NCBI GenBank assembly: GCA_973851085.1 | Contig: OZ316775.1 | Span: 21,452,001 to 21,516,000, forward strand | Length of the DNA: 64,000 nt | Direction of reading: 5' to 3' | Origin: Ptychomitrium polyphyllum | Taxonomy: Eukaryota | Notes under the pieces: model-generated | Seen by the model: only the letters and a program-made list of their open reading frames with translations | Told to the model about the DNA's origin: nothing | Databases searched by the model: none | Shown: positions 14,808 to 27,322 of the stretch, one piece after another | How positions within the stretch are numbered: the first letter of the stretch is position 1 | Layout: every line of letters begins with the position of its first letter | Translations under genes and position numbers: made by a program

Positions 14808-15419
14808 ATGTCGGATGGATGGGTTCGTATCTCTGGTGATGGTGATGAGCTAGAGCTCGTAGCTGTTCGGGGGAGTAGTTTGCGACATTGTTGCAGGTGT
14901 TTGAGAATGAAAAAATCACGACGCTTGTCGTTGCCGTGGACTCTGCAGCGAGTGCGTCTCGGCGTGACGCTGTCGCTGAAGAAATGGTGGACCTCGTCGC
15001 GAGACCGGCGTTGTCAAGTGCAGCTCGCTGGTGAACCTGCTGCTGCCGATGATGATGTTGAGCTCCTTGAGGACTCGGCGAAGCTCGACAACGTTGGAAG
15101 CAGCAGAAGCTTGTCGTTGATTTGTAACGACAGACTACAGGAACCGAGATCATCGTCACTCCCGCCGTCAAAAGCTTTACCAGTTACACTCAAGGTCTTG
15201 TTCGGTTCCCCGCTGACAGTGCTCTCGAGGTTCAAGAAATCTTGCGGAACTCTGCACGAAACTGCGAAGCGGTCTGGTTTTCACGTGGACGAACTGTTCG
15301 TTGGTAACCAAGCGTTCATGCTCTTCTCCGCCATCCCCATGACCAGACCTAGAAAGATTCAGGCTAGACCTTCGAAAGGGTTTGCGGATCGGAAGTGTAC
15401 AGAAGCTCAGAACCCTTAA
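14808..15419 (+). CDS. Uncharacterised 203-aa basic protein, single exon
   Basis: ATG-initiated ORF filling a GC-rich island. No family recognised. Confidence 0.55.
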   Translation: MSDGWVRISGDGDELELVAVRGSSLRHCCRCLRMKKSRRLSLPWTLQRVRLGVTLSLKKWWTSSRDRRCQVQLAGEPAAADDDVELLEDSAKLDNVGSSRSLSLICNDRLQEPRSSSLPPSKALPVTLKVLFGSPLTVLSRFKKSCGTLHETAKRSGFHVDELFVGNQAFMLFSAIPMTRPRKIQARPSKGFADRKCTEAQNP

Positions 15420-15567
15420 CACCCAGATTGTACATCAGGTTTTGTAGCCCTAAGTTGGTGTAAAGTACTCATATAAGTAGAATCAATTCTGAGCATGGAG
15501 CTCACTGTACAAATTCCATTTATAATGGAAGCAGTTGTGACTTCTTGCGCTCCTTGGTAAGCTTAAC

Positions 15568-16852
15568 TCAATTTGCACTTTCTTGCATCGCAACATGAGG
15601 TTGGCAATCCACAACGTCGCTACCGTAGCTGATGGATCTCAGAGTTGGCTCCGACATGTTCGTCACCCAGGGCCGCGGACCACCGTTATTGTAAGCAAAG
15701 GACGGCATCAGTGTGCCGCAGGCGTTCAACTCGCCGAGTCTCTTCATCCTCATGGTTCTCGCCATCACCACGAGGCTTGAGAATGTTGAGAAGCTATTCC
15801 CTGCAAACACATCCGCCAGTTTGCAGATCTCAAAGTCGATAGCTGACTGCATGACGTATGGCAGTTTCTGAAAAAACTTCGTGACTCCAAGCGTTTTCTT
15901 CTCGAAGGGCACTAACTCTACCCCCCAACCTTGCAAGAGATTTGCATCCTCGAGGAAAGCACCGGCCGTGGCGAGGTAGATGACGGCAGGTTTGGGAAGC
16001 TGGGGTATCAGCAACACTCGTTTCGCAATCTCCTCTTTGCTTGCACATATGTGAAGTCTTGTTTTGGTCATTCTGAGAGCTCTGTCTTCCTAGTGACGGC
16101 AATGAAGGCGCCAGTCACGCCAGTCACGCCAGTCAAGCATGTCCACAGCTACATACCGAGGTCTGAAATCTTTAGCAGGTCTATTTACAGTACCATTTCG
16201 TTCTCGTGCAATTTGCGAGTCAATGTGAGAGCTTGTTCGTCTGAGCTTCGTCATAACTCGATCAACTTGGGATTTGCAGAAAGTCGGTGAGAATCAGGCA
16301 TCCGAGTACTCTTGCGTAGTCGCGAACCGGCCAGTGATCTGGCCATAGAAACGGATTCCTTCCAACCATTTTGATTATTGGTAAGCCTTCATACCCATCT
16401 CTTTTAAGAGCTCTTAGATGCTGCTTGTTATGCTCTAATGTCCATTTCCGTCCATTGCCAAGTTTCACCACGGCCACTTCAAGATTTTATCTTACAGAAG
16501 GTGTGTCGATGATCTTCGTTAACCCCTTACATCGATGGTTGAAGTGTGCCAATGAGAAGAGGTCAGTGAAGGGCATGGCATCACTGGAGTTGATGAAGAC
16601 CGAGGAACTGAGCGTTGGCGCGATTAGAGTGCTGTTGAGGTACCTTGCAGTAAGTGCAGCTCTGGATATGGCGATCTTCTGGTTGTTCAGACGCCATACT
16701 ATGTGCGGCACCTCCAAAAACTTTTTCTCTAACAGCTCCCCCGATTCCATCGTTTTATCTAACTGACGATCTGACAGAGTACTCTTCGCATGATACCAGA
16801 GTTTGGCTCTCGATTGAGTAAATGAGAGGAGTATCGATACCAAGAGCCTCAT
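15568..16852 (-). pseudogene. O-fucosyltransferase (OFUT23-like) pseudogene
   Basis: Motifs VWRLNNQKIAISRA, GRNPFLWPDHWPVRDYA, YVAV..LHC, SAIDFEIC and FAGNSFSTFSSLV. In-frame TAA at 16487-16489, TGA at 16262-16264 and TAG at 16090-16092, with the conserved HMRIE-type motif disrupted. Confidence 0.85.
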
Positions 16853-17576
16853 CGTTAAGAGTACTACTGACGCAACATGAAGCTTAAGCCGAAGTATACC
16901 GATGTACCAAGATCCTCACCTCGTCTGGTAATCTTATTGTTTGAGGTGTTTCTAACAACTGCATTGTGATAATGCATAGACTTTTGTATCAAAAAAAAGC
17001 GCAAAACCTATCTGATCAGTTGAGCATCAAAAGAAAACAGTAGCACCATGCTCATTGCAACCTGTCATCATTTCCTCTATTAAATCTTGATTTAAGTGCA
17101 GAATGTAAACAAATTTGGACACTTTTCTTAATTTCTGCAGGCACTTCAACGAACAGAGCAGTCTTTCTACGAGACCAAAAGTTGAAAGGAAGAGTAGATT
17201 TATATCTGACGGTCGCCCAGCTAAGATGCCAAGAAGAGTATGAATTAGTTAGGACACATGTTTCTTCCCATCCACATCAAAAAATCATGAACCAGCAGAA
17301 TCGTTCACTTTCGATACGTAGGCAACCAACTGAACTGTAAATTTGAAAAGCATTGAAAGTATTGTCAATGTCATTGTTTTCAAATGAATTTAATGCAATA
17401 ATCATATACAAGACTCTAATGTAAACACAGGATTATAGTCAATGAAAGTACGCAGTATAAATTTGCCAAGGATTCAAATATTCACATTTCTTCACAAAAG
17501 ATTACAGCAGGCGGTTTCAGTTTATAAAAAAACTCCGCTAGCTTATGCATTGCAACTGCTCCTTCCTCTTAAGGCT

Positions 17577-19680
17577 CTAGTGGTGCAATTTTTCCTTAAG
17601 CTTCGTCATCATACCCTTCTTCGGAGGCGCCCCATCAGCACCATAGGCAGCAGAATCGTTGTGCGAGTAGTCAACATTCGTATCATCATAACCAGTTCCA
17701 GTTGTCGAATGACCTACATTCGTTCCATCGAATCCAGGTCCGGTCTTGGTGTCATGCATCAGACCAGGAGAATCCTCAAATCCCGTCCGTCTTCTTTCGT
17801 TGTCATAATCCATACCCGTCACACCGTGATGGGGACCCATTCTCACTGCATCCTTCGCTCTGTCTCCCATCGTTTCATCATGGTAGCCGGTGGTGGATCC
17901 AGGGTATGCTGCAGTCGTGGAGTTGTGAGGATACCCCGAAGCGTCTTGATGAGGTACTCCAACTGCGTCCTTCACTCTCTCTCCAACTGTCTCGTGAGGA
18001 TAGCCTGTACTGGATCCAGGGTGACGCTCATGACCTAATCCTGTGTCCACCATTGAGTTGTGAGAGTACGTGCCAGGAGTAGACGTGTTTTGGTGGGGAC
18101 CCAACCCAGCCTGCCCGGTTCCATAGGTGTTCGGCAAAACTGATCCCGTAGTGGTACCAGGATAAGTATGTGCAACGTTGTCGTGCTTACCCATTCCAAC
18201 TGCGTCTTTAATCTTCTCAACAATACCCTCCTTTCTAGGACCAGCAGTCACGGTGCCTTGATCTATACCAATTCAAAACAACAATTTCAGCGAACACTAA
18301 AACATCACAAGAACCGACATGCACGAGACAAGAGTAATAAAACGCACGATGCAGGAAGAAAAGGAAAAACGCCTGAGTTAGACCAGGAAACTTACGATGG
18401 TGGCCAAATTGACCCCTGGAAGCATCGTAACCTGGCTCAACTCGGTGCTCACCCATGCCAACCACGGGAATATTTCCAGGGACGACATGGACACCATCGT
18501 GATGGTGGGTACCCAACCCAGAACCAAGTCCAGACTGATCATAGCCAGTGGTAGTGCCGATGGGGTGACCCAGACCACCACCGAATCCTGTCCCCACACC
18601 TGGACGATTTACATGTGTATAATCCTCGCCGGTGTGAGGTCCACGAGTTCCGGAGTGCGGCCCCATGCCCACGGCGTCCTTCATCTTGTCTACTATCCCC
18701 TCCTTCCTCGGCTGGCCGTAGTTATCGTACCCTGCAGTGCCATAGCCAGGTTGATCCCGCCGCGCGTCGTAGCCAGTCGTGCCTGAGTTCGGCCCCATGC
18801 CTACGGCGTCCTTCATCTTGTCTACCATCCCCTCCTGCCTCGGCTGGCCGTAGTTATCGTACCCTCCAGTGCCATAGCCAGGTTGATCCCGCCGCGCGTC
18901 GTAACCAGTCGTGCCATAGCCGGGTTGATCCCGCCGGACGTCATGGCCAGTTGTGCCCGAGTTCGGCCCCATGCCCACGGCGTCCTTCAACTTGTCCACC
19001 ATCCCCTCCTGCCTCGGCTGACCGTAGTTATCGTACCCTCCAGTGCCATAGCCAGGTTGATCCCGCCGCGCGTCATAGCCAGTCGTGCCATAGCCGGGTT
19101 GATCCCGCCGGACGTCATGACCAGTCGTGCCTGAGTTCGGCCCCATGCCTACGGCGTCCTTCATCTTGTCTACCATCCCCTCCTGCCTCGGCTGGCCGTA
19201 GTTATCGTACCCTGCAGTGCCATAGCCAGGTTGATCCCGCCGCGCGTCGTAGCCAGTCGTGCCTGAGTTCGGCCCCATGCCTACGGCGTCCTTCATCTTG
19301 TCTACCATCCCCTCCTGCCTCGGCTGGCCGTAGTTATCGTACCCTGCAGTGCCATAGCCAGGTTGATCCCGCCGCGCGTCGTAGCCAGTCGTGCCATAGC
19401 CGGGTTGATCCCGCCGGGCGTCATAGCCAGTAGTGCCTGAGTTCGGCCCCATGCCCACGGCGTCCTTCAACTTGTCTACCACCCCTTCCCGCCGTGGGTT
19501 GCCATACTGGTCTACCCCTGCAAGGTCAGAGCGATAGGCGTGAGGAGGAGCGGCGGGACTAGGCCACACATTGGAAGTATTCTGCGTTCCGAACCCCGTG
19601 TTAGTACCTGCGTTGGTGCCACGCCCATCGTGACCCAAGGGGTTCGTCCCCGCCGATTGCCCTGATCCATACTGGTTCAT
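17577..19680 (-). CDS. DHNA: Repeat-rich moss dehydrin (group 2 LEA, PpDHNA-like), 656 aa, exons 19680-18396 and 18262-17577
   Basis: Y-segment-like DNYGQP repeats, EGxVDKxKDAVGMG repeats and C-terminal K-segment KKGMMTKLKEKLHH. The GT-AG intron 18395-18263 preserves frame. Confidence 0.92.
18655..19500 (-). repeat. Coding tandem array of 132-bp and 174-bp units inside the dehydrin
   Basis: Five full units in the order long-short-long-long-short (58/44 aa) plus a partial sixth, nearly identical in DNA. Confidence 0.95.
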
Positions 19681-20042
19681 GGTCGCTGCTGCTACTACTT
19701 CCTTCCCAAACAAACTGCAGACAAAAAAGTTAACAAAGAATCATGAAATCAGCTCACCACAATGAACCAACTGACATAACAACATGAAACGCGTTGAATA
19801 ACACAAAACTAACAACCTTAACCATGTGATCGACCAACAATGAACCCGGCCGACACCTTGAAATCCAAACACCAACAATGCAGGGCCAGTGAAGCAATCC
19901 AACCCACCTCTTAAAACTCGAATCTTGGGCTCTAGAATCCAACTGTAGATTGATTCTAACACTAACTGCAAATATACAAGTCTGGAATGATAGTACCAGG
20001 TAAAAAATTGAAGTGTTTGATGAAGTTCAATGTCAACGAGGG

Positions 20043-20226
20043 GGTTTTAAGCGAGCCGCATGGGGGACGTGATCGGAAAGGATAGGTCTCGTGAATCGGA
20101 CTGGCGCTCAGCGTAACTGCCACGTCAGAATGAGAGTGTCGCGGCCAGTGGGTGGGTGCAAAGTGGCAAAGTGTCAGGCGCCACTTGTCATGGCATCCAT
20201 GAGTGTAGAAAGTATTGAAACGTGTC
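20043..20226 (-). promoter_or_regulatory. ABA-responsive promoter of the dehydrin (clustered ABRE-like motifs)
   Basis: ACGTG at 20067, ACGTGGC at 20119-20125 (minus), CE3-like gtgtcgcggcc at ~20136 and ACGTGTC at 20220-20226, upstream of a TTAAAA TATA-like motif. Confidence 0.6.
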
Positions 20227-22954
20227 AATATAAGCGAATGGCTTGCCCCTTCATTGGCAGAGCTTTTGCGGAAATGCCGGAAATGAGTGTGATAAACCAA
20301 GACCTTGTAAGCCAGTTTCAATGTGCATGGTCCCTGGCTGAATAGGATAGAGGAGGGTTATCTATAATCTTCCTTTAATTCACCATAATATTTGAATGAA
20401 TTTTTGAAGGTTCCTAACATTTACATATGTAGGCTTATAAATCATGCACATGTAGACACCACTTTTAATGATGGTTTAGTTACATAATCTACAAATAGTC
20501 TTTTCTCATCATTGTATCATTTTTGGATACTTTAAAATAAGTATCATTTTTATTTCTAAAGATATTATATTATATCAAAAAAAAATATCAAATATAAAAA
20601 AAGAAGTTCATTTATATAAACCTCTTATTTTAAATGATATAGTATATAGTTCCATTTATAACATTAAGTAATTTTTGGATAGACTTTTGAAAAGTAGCAT
20701 AAATATTTATTATTCCATCTAATATTTATTTATACCTTTATACATTCACACATGTCATGGTATGGGTTGTTTAGAGGTTAAATTGTAAGCATTTGTATAT
20801 GATTGTTATCATTTTTGACTATGCAATTAAATTAATATTGATGTAATTTTATACTATTTTATATACTAATTATACTCGTTGAGAATCAATTATTTGGATT
20901 ATTGTGTATAAATAATGAGTTTTTTTATTCAAAATTTTAAATATGTAATTTTGATGAGGTATTATATTAAGACATAAAATTTTTAAGTTTAATACTTGTT
21001 AAAACTAATGACATAGAGGGTTAAAACATAAAAAGATTAAAATTGAAATATAAACATTATGGATTTGGTTTCTAGAAAATACAATGGTTATGACTACAAA
21101 CATTAGAGTTTATTGGATTAAAGTTCACACATTTAATTAGGATGAAAATTGAATTTAGATAAAAAAAAAATGAACAAGATAGAAAACTCTTAATTAATTG
21201 CAAAGTGGAGCTTTATGCTAATTAAATAAAGCATACATATCTAGACACTAATTTATGTATTCAACATAATATATTATAAAAATTTCACATTTGAATGAAA
21301 AAAATAAAATTAGTCATCAAAAAATATAATGATTTTCATAAAATGCAACAATTTCAAAACGGTTTTTTTCTAGAATATTTATAAGACTATATTATATTAA
21401 GTAAGTTATAAGAAATTTAAATGAATTAAGTTAATTTTTTTTATTAGAATCTATAAATACTAATATAAAGGTTCAATAGTATGAAAAGATTTTGTATAAG
21501 ATTGTTTAGTGGATTTTTTAAAATCCTTCAAGCATGTTGTACTTTCTTTGTCATAGGATATTTTGACTTCAATAATATAATGGAATTGGTACCTAAAACT
21601 TATTAGTGGCTTTAACAATAGAAATATGTAAAAAAAATTATTTGGTCATTAAAACCTTGTACAAGAATCTAGATACAATGACATTAAATATATAGTTTCT
21701 AAATCTACTTCTAATTCTTGAAAGTCTATGGTTATCTCTGTTTATAGATTTTATTATGAACTCTTAATATTTAACTTTAAAAATTCCATTTTTGTAGTTA
21801 TTAATTTAATTATTAAAATGGTACATTTTATTTTATGTAACAAGTTGATAACACCTTAAGGAATTGCTTAGATTTTCTGTAATAGTATTTATTGCTTTCA
21901 TAGACATCTGACATTGTATTTCAATAAGAGGGTTGATTTTTGTTCAAATTTTGGAAGGCACAATTTCAAATTTTTTATGCAAAAACCATTATTTTTAATA
22001 CCATCCAATTTTTTTTAATAGATATAATGTGTAAATCAAATTTTATTTTAATGTCTTTATAGCAATATGAATCAATAAATAAGTAATGGGATCAATTTCG
22101 TATTATTGGTTGAATTTTCTTGTAATATTAAATTATATTTATTAATAAAATAAATTCCAATCTTTGCAAATTGTTATTGGCATCCTTAAACAAATATATT
22201 TGAAATAAAGAATGTTAGAGCCAAATGACAAAGAAATTAGTTTGTTACCTTATCAACACCTATAAAGGTATGATTTTATAATTTTATAAGATGCTCATTA
22301 TTAATACAAGATTTATACAAATCATCATTGAAATTCAAACCAAATTAAAATTGAAGATTTTTTAAAACTTCATTGATGCAAAATTCAAGCAAAGCATTTA
22401 TAAAAGATCATAAATAGTATAAAGTTATTTTGGATATTTTCTTGTTAGTAATATTCTTGAGCTAATTGAAATTATAGTATGTCAAACTAAAAGGTGTTTA
22501 TAGAATCACAAGACTTGAGCCTAAGCCTAAGCTTTCATTAATGCAATTGTAAAAATAACCAGTTTATAAGAACATCTTTTGCAATTTATATTTTACAAAC
22601 AATACAACCTTTGGTATGGAAAAATCAACCCTTGTTTGAACCAACATTGGCATTGTAATCTTTAAAAAAATACTCAAGTAAAAGCAATCTTATTGCACAT
22701 TAGAAGGGTAGAATATGATAGAGAAAATTTCACATTTCATTCATGGATTTTACAAAATTCTCAATTTAAAGCAATATCAAGGCATAAAGCTTTCAAAAGT
22801 TGAAGAAAGTGGCCATTATTGCTTGTCCATCTTTTGCCTAATAATTAATAAGCAATATGCAATGCAACATCTATTTAATCAATGTTTGAATTATTGAAAA
22901 CTAAATTAGGTTCTTGATGCTCTTTATAAAATTCATTGCAAGAGGAAGACATGA

Positions 22955-23317
22955 TGTTACAGACATACATCATTCATAGACTTTTGAAAACTCATGTAAT
23001 TTTCTAAAATCTTCCATAGTTTTCTAAACATTCCATTGAATTCTTAGAATTTCTAAAAAAGGTTCTATAGATTTTTATAACCTTGTAATACCTTTCTAAG
23101 ACCTTCTAGAAAATATTTTATAAGATGTATACTTCATAATATAAATAAGAAGCAAGATAATACACACCTTAATCTTGTTATTATAAGTTGTGCAAAAATC
23201 CTTAGTTGTGTCTTATTCCTAATTATTGAACCGTTCTTGATATTATTCTGATCCTTAGTTTTTTTTTCATTGTAATTTCATATCTTCCTTTTGGTACATT
23301 GTTTTACATCCATAACA
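22955..23317 (+). mobile_element. LTR-like sequence ending an AT-rich decayed retroelement tract
   Basis: Termini TGTTA...TAACA, purine tract aagaggaagac just upstream, internal tataaata. Confidence 0.5.
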
Positions 23318-25090
23318 TTTGACAATGATGATACTTTCTAATTCCAAATTATATTTGAACAACTTGAAATTATGAAATTGTTTAACAAATTCCGCTTGAA
23401 GATTAGCATCGAATGTAAATTAGATTACTTCATAACAATACCAAGAATATGATCACTACATATAGAAACATGTAAAAATACTTTATAAACTATATCCAAC
23501 AACAAACACCTCAATAATGTAATGTTATTTATATTTTCCAAACATGCCATATTAAAGAGGAAAACAATACCGTCAACTTCAAATATTTTAACTTCATTTT
23601 GAAAAGAATCCACAGGGCCCAGAATTACTAACGTTGATTTTGGAACTCAACAGATTCTTATTTGAAGGTACGTTGGCCCAACTCAAAAAGCACTTCTTCT
23701 TTTTCACCTCCTCCCCTACCCTCGGTCTGCCTCGTGCACGGTCATGGGCAGCAGAATCCATTATCGAAAACCGTCACAGCATCCGAAACCGACATAATCT
23801 TCTTGCACGGAACACTCTATCCAATAAAACACACAAGAAGCATAGATGAAGTCGAACGAGTGAGCGGGGACAAAATATATAACCGACGTCGTCGACGATT
23901 TAAGAGTAGTTTCTGAGATGAAATGTAAGATTTGGTAGATGACAACGGCGTTAGGTGCAGTGTTGGTTCACCATGGTGGCCTATCGGGGGCGCAGCGGCT
24001 TTGGGAGCTTCACCAGAAACAAAGACGGTAAATCTGCTGTTGCTGTCGCTGGCCGTGGCGTTGGCTTTGGGCGATGGAGAGCCGCATGTTGGAGCTCAAA
24101 TCAATCCACACGTTGGTTTTACTCGCGCCTCGCATGATCGCTGCGCCATCGCTCTGCCAATATTTCGCACTCCTGACACGTTTCTTCGCACTTGGAGCTT
24201 CGCGCGGACCATTGCGTACCTCTACGGGGGGAGCTATGGCGCACTTTCGGATTTGGAGGCTCAGCGTTTCTGCTGAGAGTTGACAACTCCAGGGTAGGAA
24301 CACATTCATTGCGCTCGTTTCAGCTTGGGGTGTGGCGGGACTGTGCGCCGTGTTTTGGAGTGCAGAGTCCGGGGAAGTGCGGTACTGGAAGGTGGCGGAG
24401 GTGAGCGATAACTTGTGGTTCAGTAGGGAGCTGAATTGAAAGGAGTTGGCGTGCACTAGGTGTTCTCTGAATCGAACGAGGTGTTATTCGTGTCTTCGTG
24501 ATGCGGAGCTCAGGCGGTTCCGCACATTGCTTGGGGAGCTTGCCTGCAGACGGATTGATGTTAGATTAAGGTATGAGGACGCTTCGTATTGCGGTGTTGT
24601 TTCTTATTCGCCTCCTCTTTGTCTTAGTGTTTCCACTGTTTTGTAACTAACCGTGGACAGTGGGAGAAGCGTTCTTGAATGAGGTCAGACGTCTTCTAGC
24701 TTCTGGTGTGCTGAATTTCTCGATTATTCAAGAGTTGTTGCTAAGTTTCCATAAGGTTATACCTGCGGTCTGCACATGATTGTGAGATTGATGTGTGTGA
24801 ACACTTAGCAGTTCAGTTTTGTTCTCCTTAGCCTTCTCTTTGACTTGTTGTTCCCTGCCTTGTGACAAACTGTCGACATTGGCAGAAGCTTTCTTGAATT
24901 AGGTCAGACGCCTGATAATTTATTCTGTGCCAGTTTTCCACGATAGCTGATAAGTACTTACAAGACTTCATTGCGTGGAAACTAGCTACATTTCGTTTGA
25001 CTTGATTTTGATAATTGAACTTGGATTGATGTTTCATTGTGCATACTGTGTGCAGAATCTGCAGATAACTGGACTCTTGGTTTGTTGGTC

Positions 25091-27322
25091 ATGGCCACGG
25101 GAGTGACAGTCTTGGGAGCTCTATCGGTACCGAAGTGTAGTATGCAGCTGAATTCTGATCTGGCTATGGTGACGATGCGATTAAGCATAGTGAATTTATC
25201 ATCATCCGGCTCGCAGCTTAATTTAGCAGGAAGATTTGTGTCGCCGGGGTGTAGAAATTGTTTTTTGGGGGAAGGTTTGCGGGGTTTGGTGGTGGTGTGT
25301 CCAGCCAAGAAGCAGAAGCTGAAAATTGACTGTGTGGTGGAAGTGGTAGCGAATGGTGTGACGGAATCGGTAATGCAGCTGCCATGGATCGACACCCTGC
25401 AGCACGGAGTGCCGGAGTTGTACAACTACTTTCCGGCTGCAGTATCCGGGGAGTTGGCGAATTCGAGTGTTTTAAAGCCGTTGGTGGAGCTCTCTAATTC
25501 AGAAAGGCTTCGTGTTGCGGGTGCGTCGGTGATGGGGTGGATTTACCTGACTGCCAGACCTGGAGTGCTGAAAGGAGCATTGGATACGTACGTCGGTGCA
25601 CCTTTCCAGGCGCTTGTTGAGTCTGTGCGTGGGAGAAGAGGCTGGAAACGGACGGATTTTGTTATAGGCCTGAGGTTGGGAGAAGGGTCGTTTGGAACCG
25701 TGTATACTGGATATATTTTGCCCAAAAACGTCAGCGCAGACGATGAGTTCGGTAGACGGGGACGGCGACTCGAAGAGTTTGAAGACTACAATAAGTTTAC
25801 GAAAGTTATTTTAAAGAAGGTACAGAATTGTGATGTGTCCTGTAATACTCAACTCCGCACCAGCCAGCTCCCCCTACTCCTTTTGGTCCCCTTTGTAATT
25901 CTGAATGTCTTTGGCGCCATGAGAAGACTGACAGAACGTGTTACGATTGTCCAGAGTTCTTGATGAATTATCTTCTTACCCATCTCGATTTGTTGCCCTA
26001 AATATCCTGGGAGCAATTCAAGCCTTAAATTGCTGACTGCTGCAATTATTCAGCTTATAGACCTGGATACACATTTAAGTAGTTGACGAGAGAGTAATCC
26101 TTTGAGCATAGTAATCGTTGTGTGTGCTTAGTGACTTCCTTGGGGAAAGTTTTTTGCACAATCAATGTTATGGATTCTGACAAGAGGAATGAACATGTGA
26201 GTTTTTGGTGATTGCTGTACACAGGTGAAAGTAGGAGTGTTAGGGGCAGAGGAATGCGGGGACATGGAGGAATGGTTCAATTATCGGATGTCTAGAGCTG
26301 CGCCAGGCGTGTGCGCAAAATTTTTGGGTACATTTACAGCAGACGTGACCAAGGGACAATTTACAGAGGGCGGCAAATGGTTGATCTGGAAGTATGAGGT
26401 CCATGCCTACCCTTAGATCTTGTTCGAATTCATTATTTTGATTTAGCGCACCGGAGCCTTTGTAGTAAAACTGTAAGAAATTTATGATCGGCAATTACTG
26501 CGAATATTGTCAAACTTTCAGGTTTTAACAAAGTTGTGACATGATTCTTGTTGAAAATTTGTGCAGGGCGATTCCACGTTATTAGATTTCATGAAGCAAC
26601 AAAGCTTCCCGCAAAACTTGGAACAGCCTCTGTTTGGGCGAACATTGAACAATGATGATGATCTACAACGGAATGCGCTAATAATCAAGCAAATTATGCG
26701 GCAAATTATTTCCTGTCTCAACAAAATGCACGCAGTAGGTATTGTCCACAGGGATGTGAAACCTTCGAACGTGGTGGTGACAGACAAGGGCAAGTTGAAG
26801 TTCATAGATTTTGGAGCAGCAACAGATCTCCGAGTAGGGAAGAACTTCGTTCCAGATCGGGGGATTCTCGACCCGGACTACTGTCCTCCGGAGCTTTATG
26901 TTCTTCCTGAAAAAACTCCCTTGCCGCCTATTGAACCTGTTGCTGCTGTCCTCTCCCCGTTCCTTTGGCAGTTTAACTGTCCGGATTTGTTCGACATGTA
27001 CTCCGTTGGAGTGATTTTTCTGCAAATGTCGTGCGTCGCGCTTCGAACAGCGATTGGGCTGCAGACATTCAAGAAGGAGATACAATCCGTGGGATACAAC
27101 CTTCAAAAGTGGAGGGAGATTACAAAAGTGCCAAGGATAAGCTTCGATTTGCTAGATTTAGATGGAGGAAAGGGCTGGGATTTAGCAACGAAACTAGTAT
27201 GTGAGAGAAACCAGCTCAACAGGGGTAGACTATCTGCTGCTGCAGCCTTACGCCATCCTTACTTCCTCCTGGGCGGCGATCAAGCTTCCAAAATCCTCTC
27301 GAAAGTCACATTCTCTCAGTAG
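25091..27322 (+). CDS. STN8: Thylakoid Ser/Thr kinase STN8, 552 aa, exons 25091-25819, 26225-26398, 26567-27322
   Basis: Transit-like N-terminus, LGEGSFGTVY, EEWFNYRMSRAAP, HRDVKPSN, DFGAATDLR, DPDYCPPE and GWDLATKL. Both introns are GT-AG and phase 0. Confidence 0.93.

Noticed and set aside
17442..19433. Long plus-strand ORFs (198, 272 aa and others)
   Set aside because: Antisense shadows of the repetitive GC-rich dehydrin.
18655..19500. CRISPR-like regular repeats
   Set aside because: No unique spacers, unit lengths are multiples of 3 and the array is dehydrin coding sequence.
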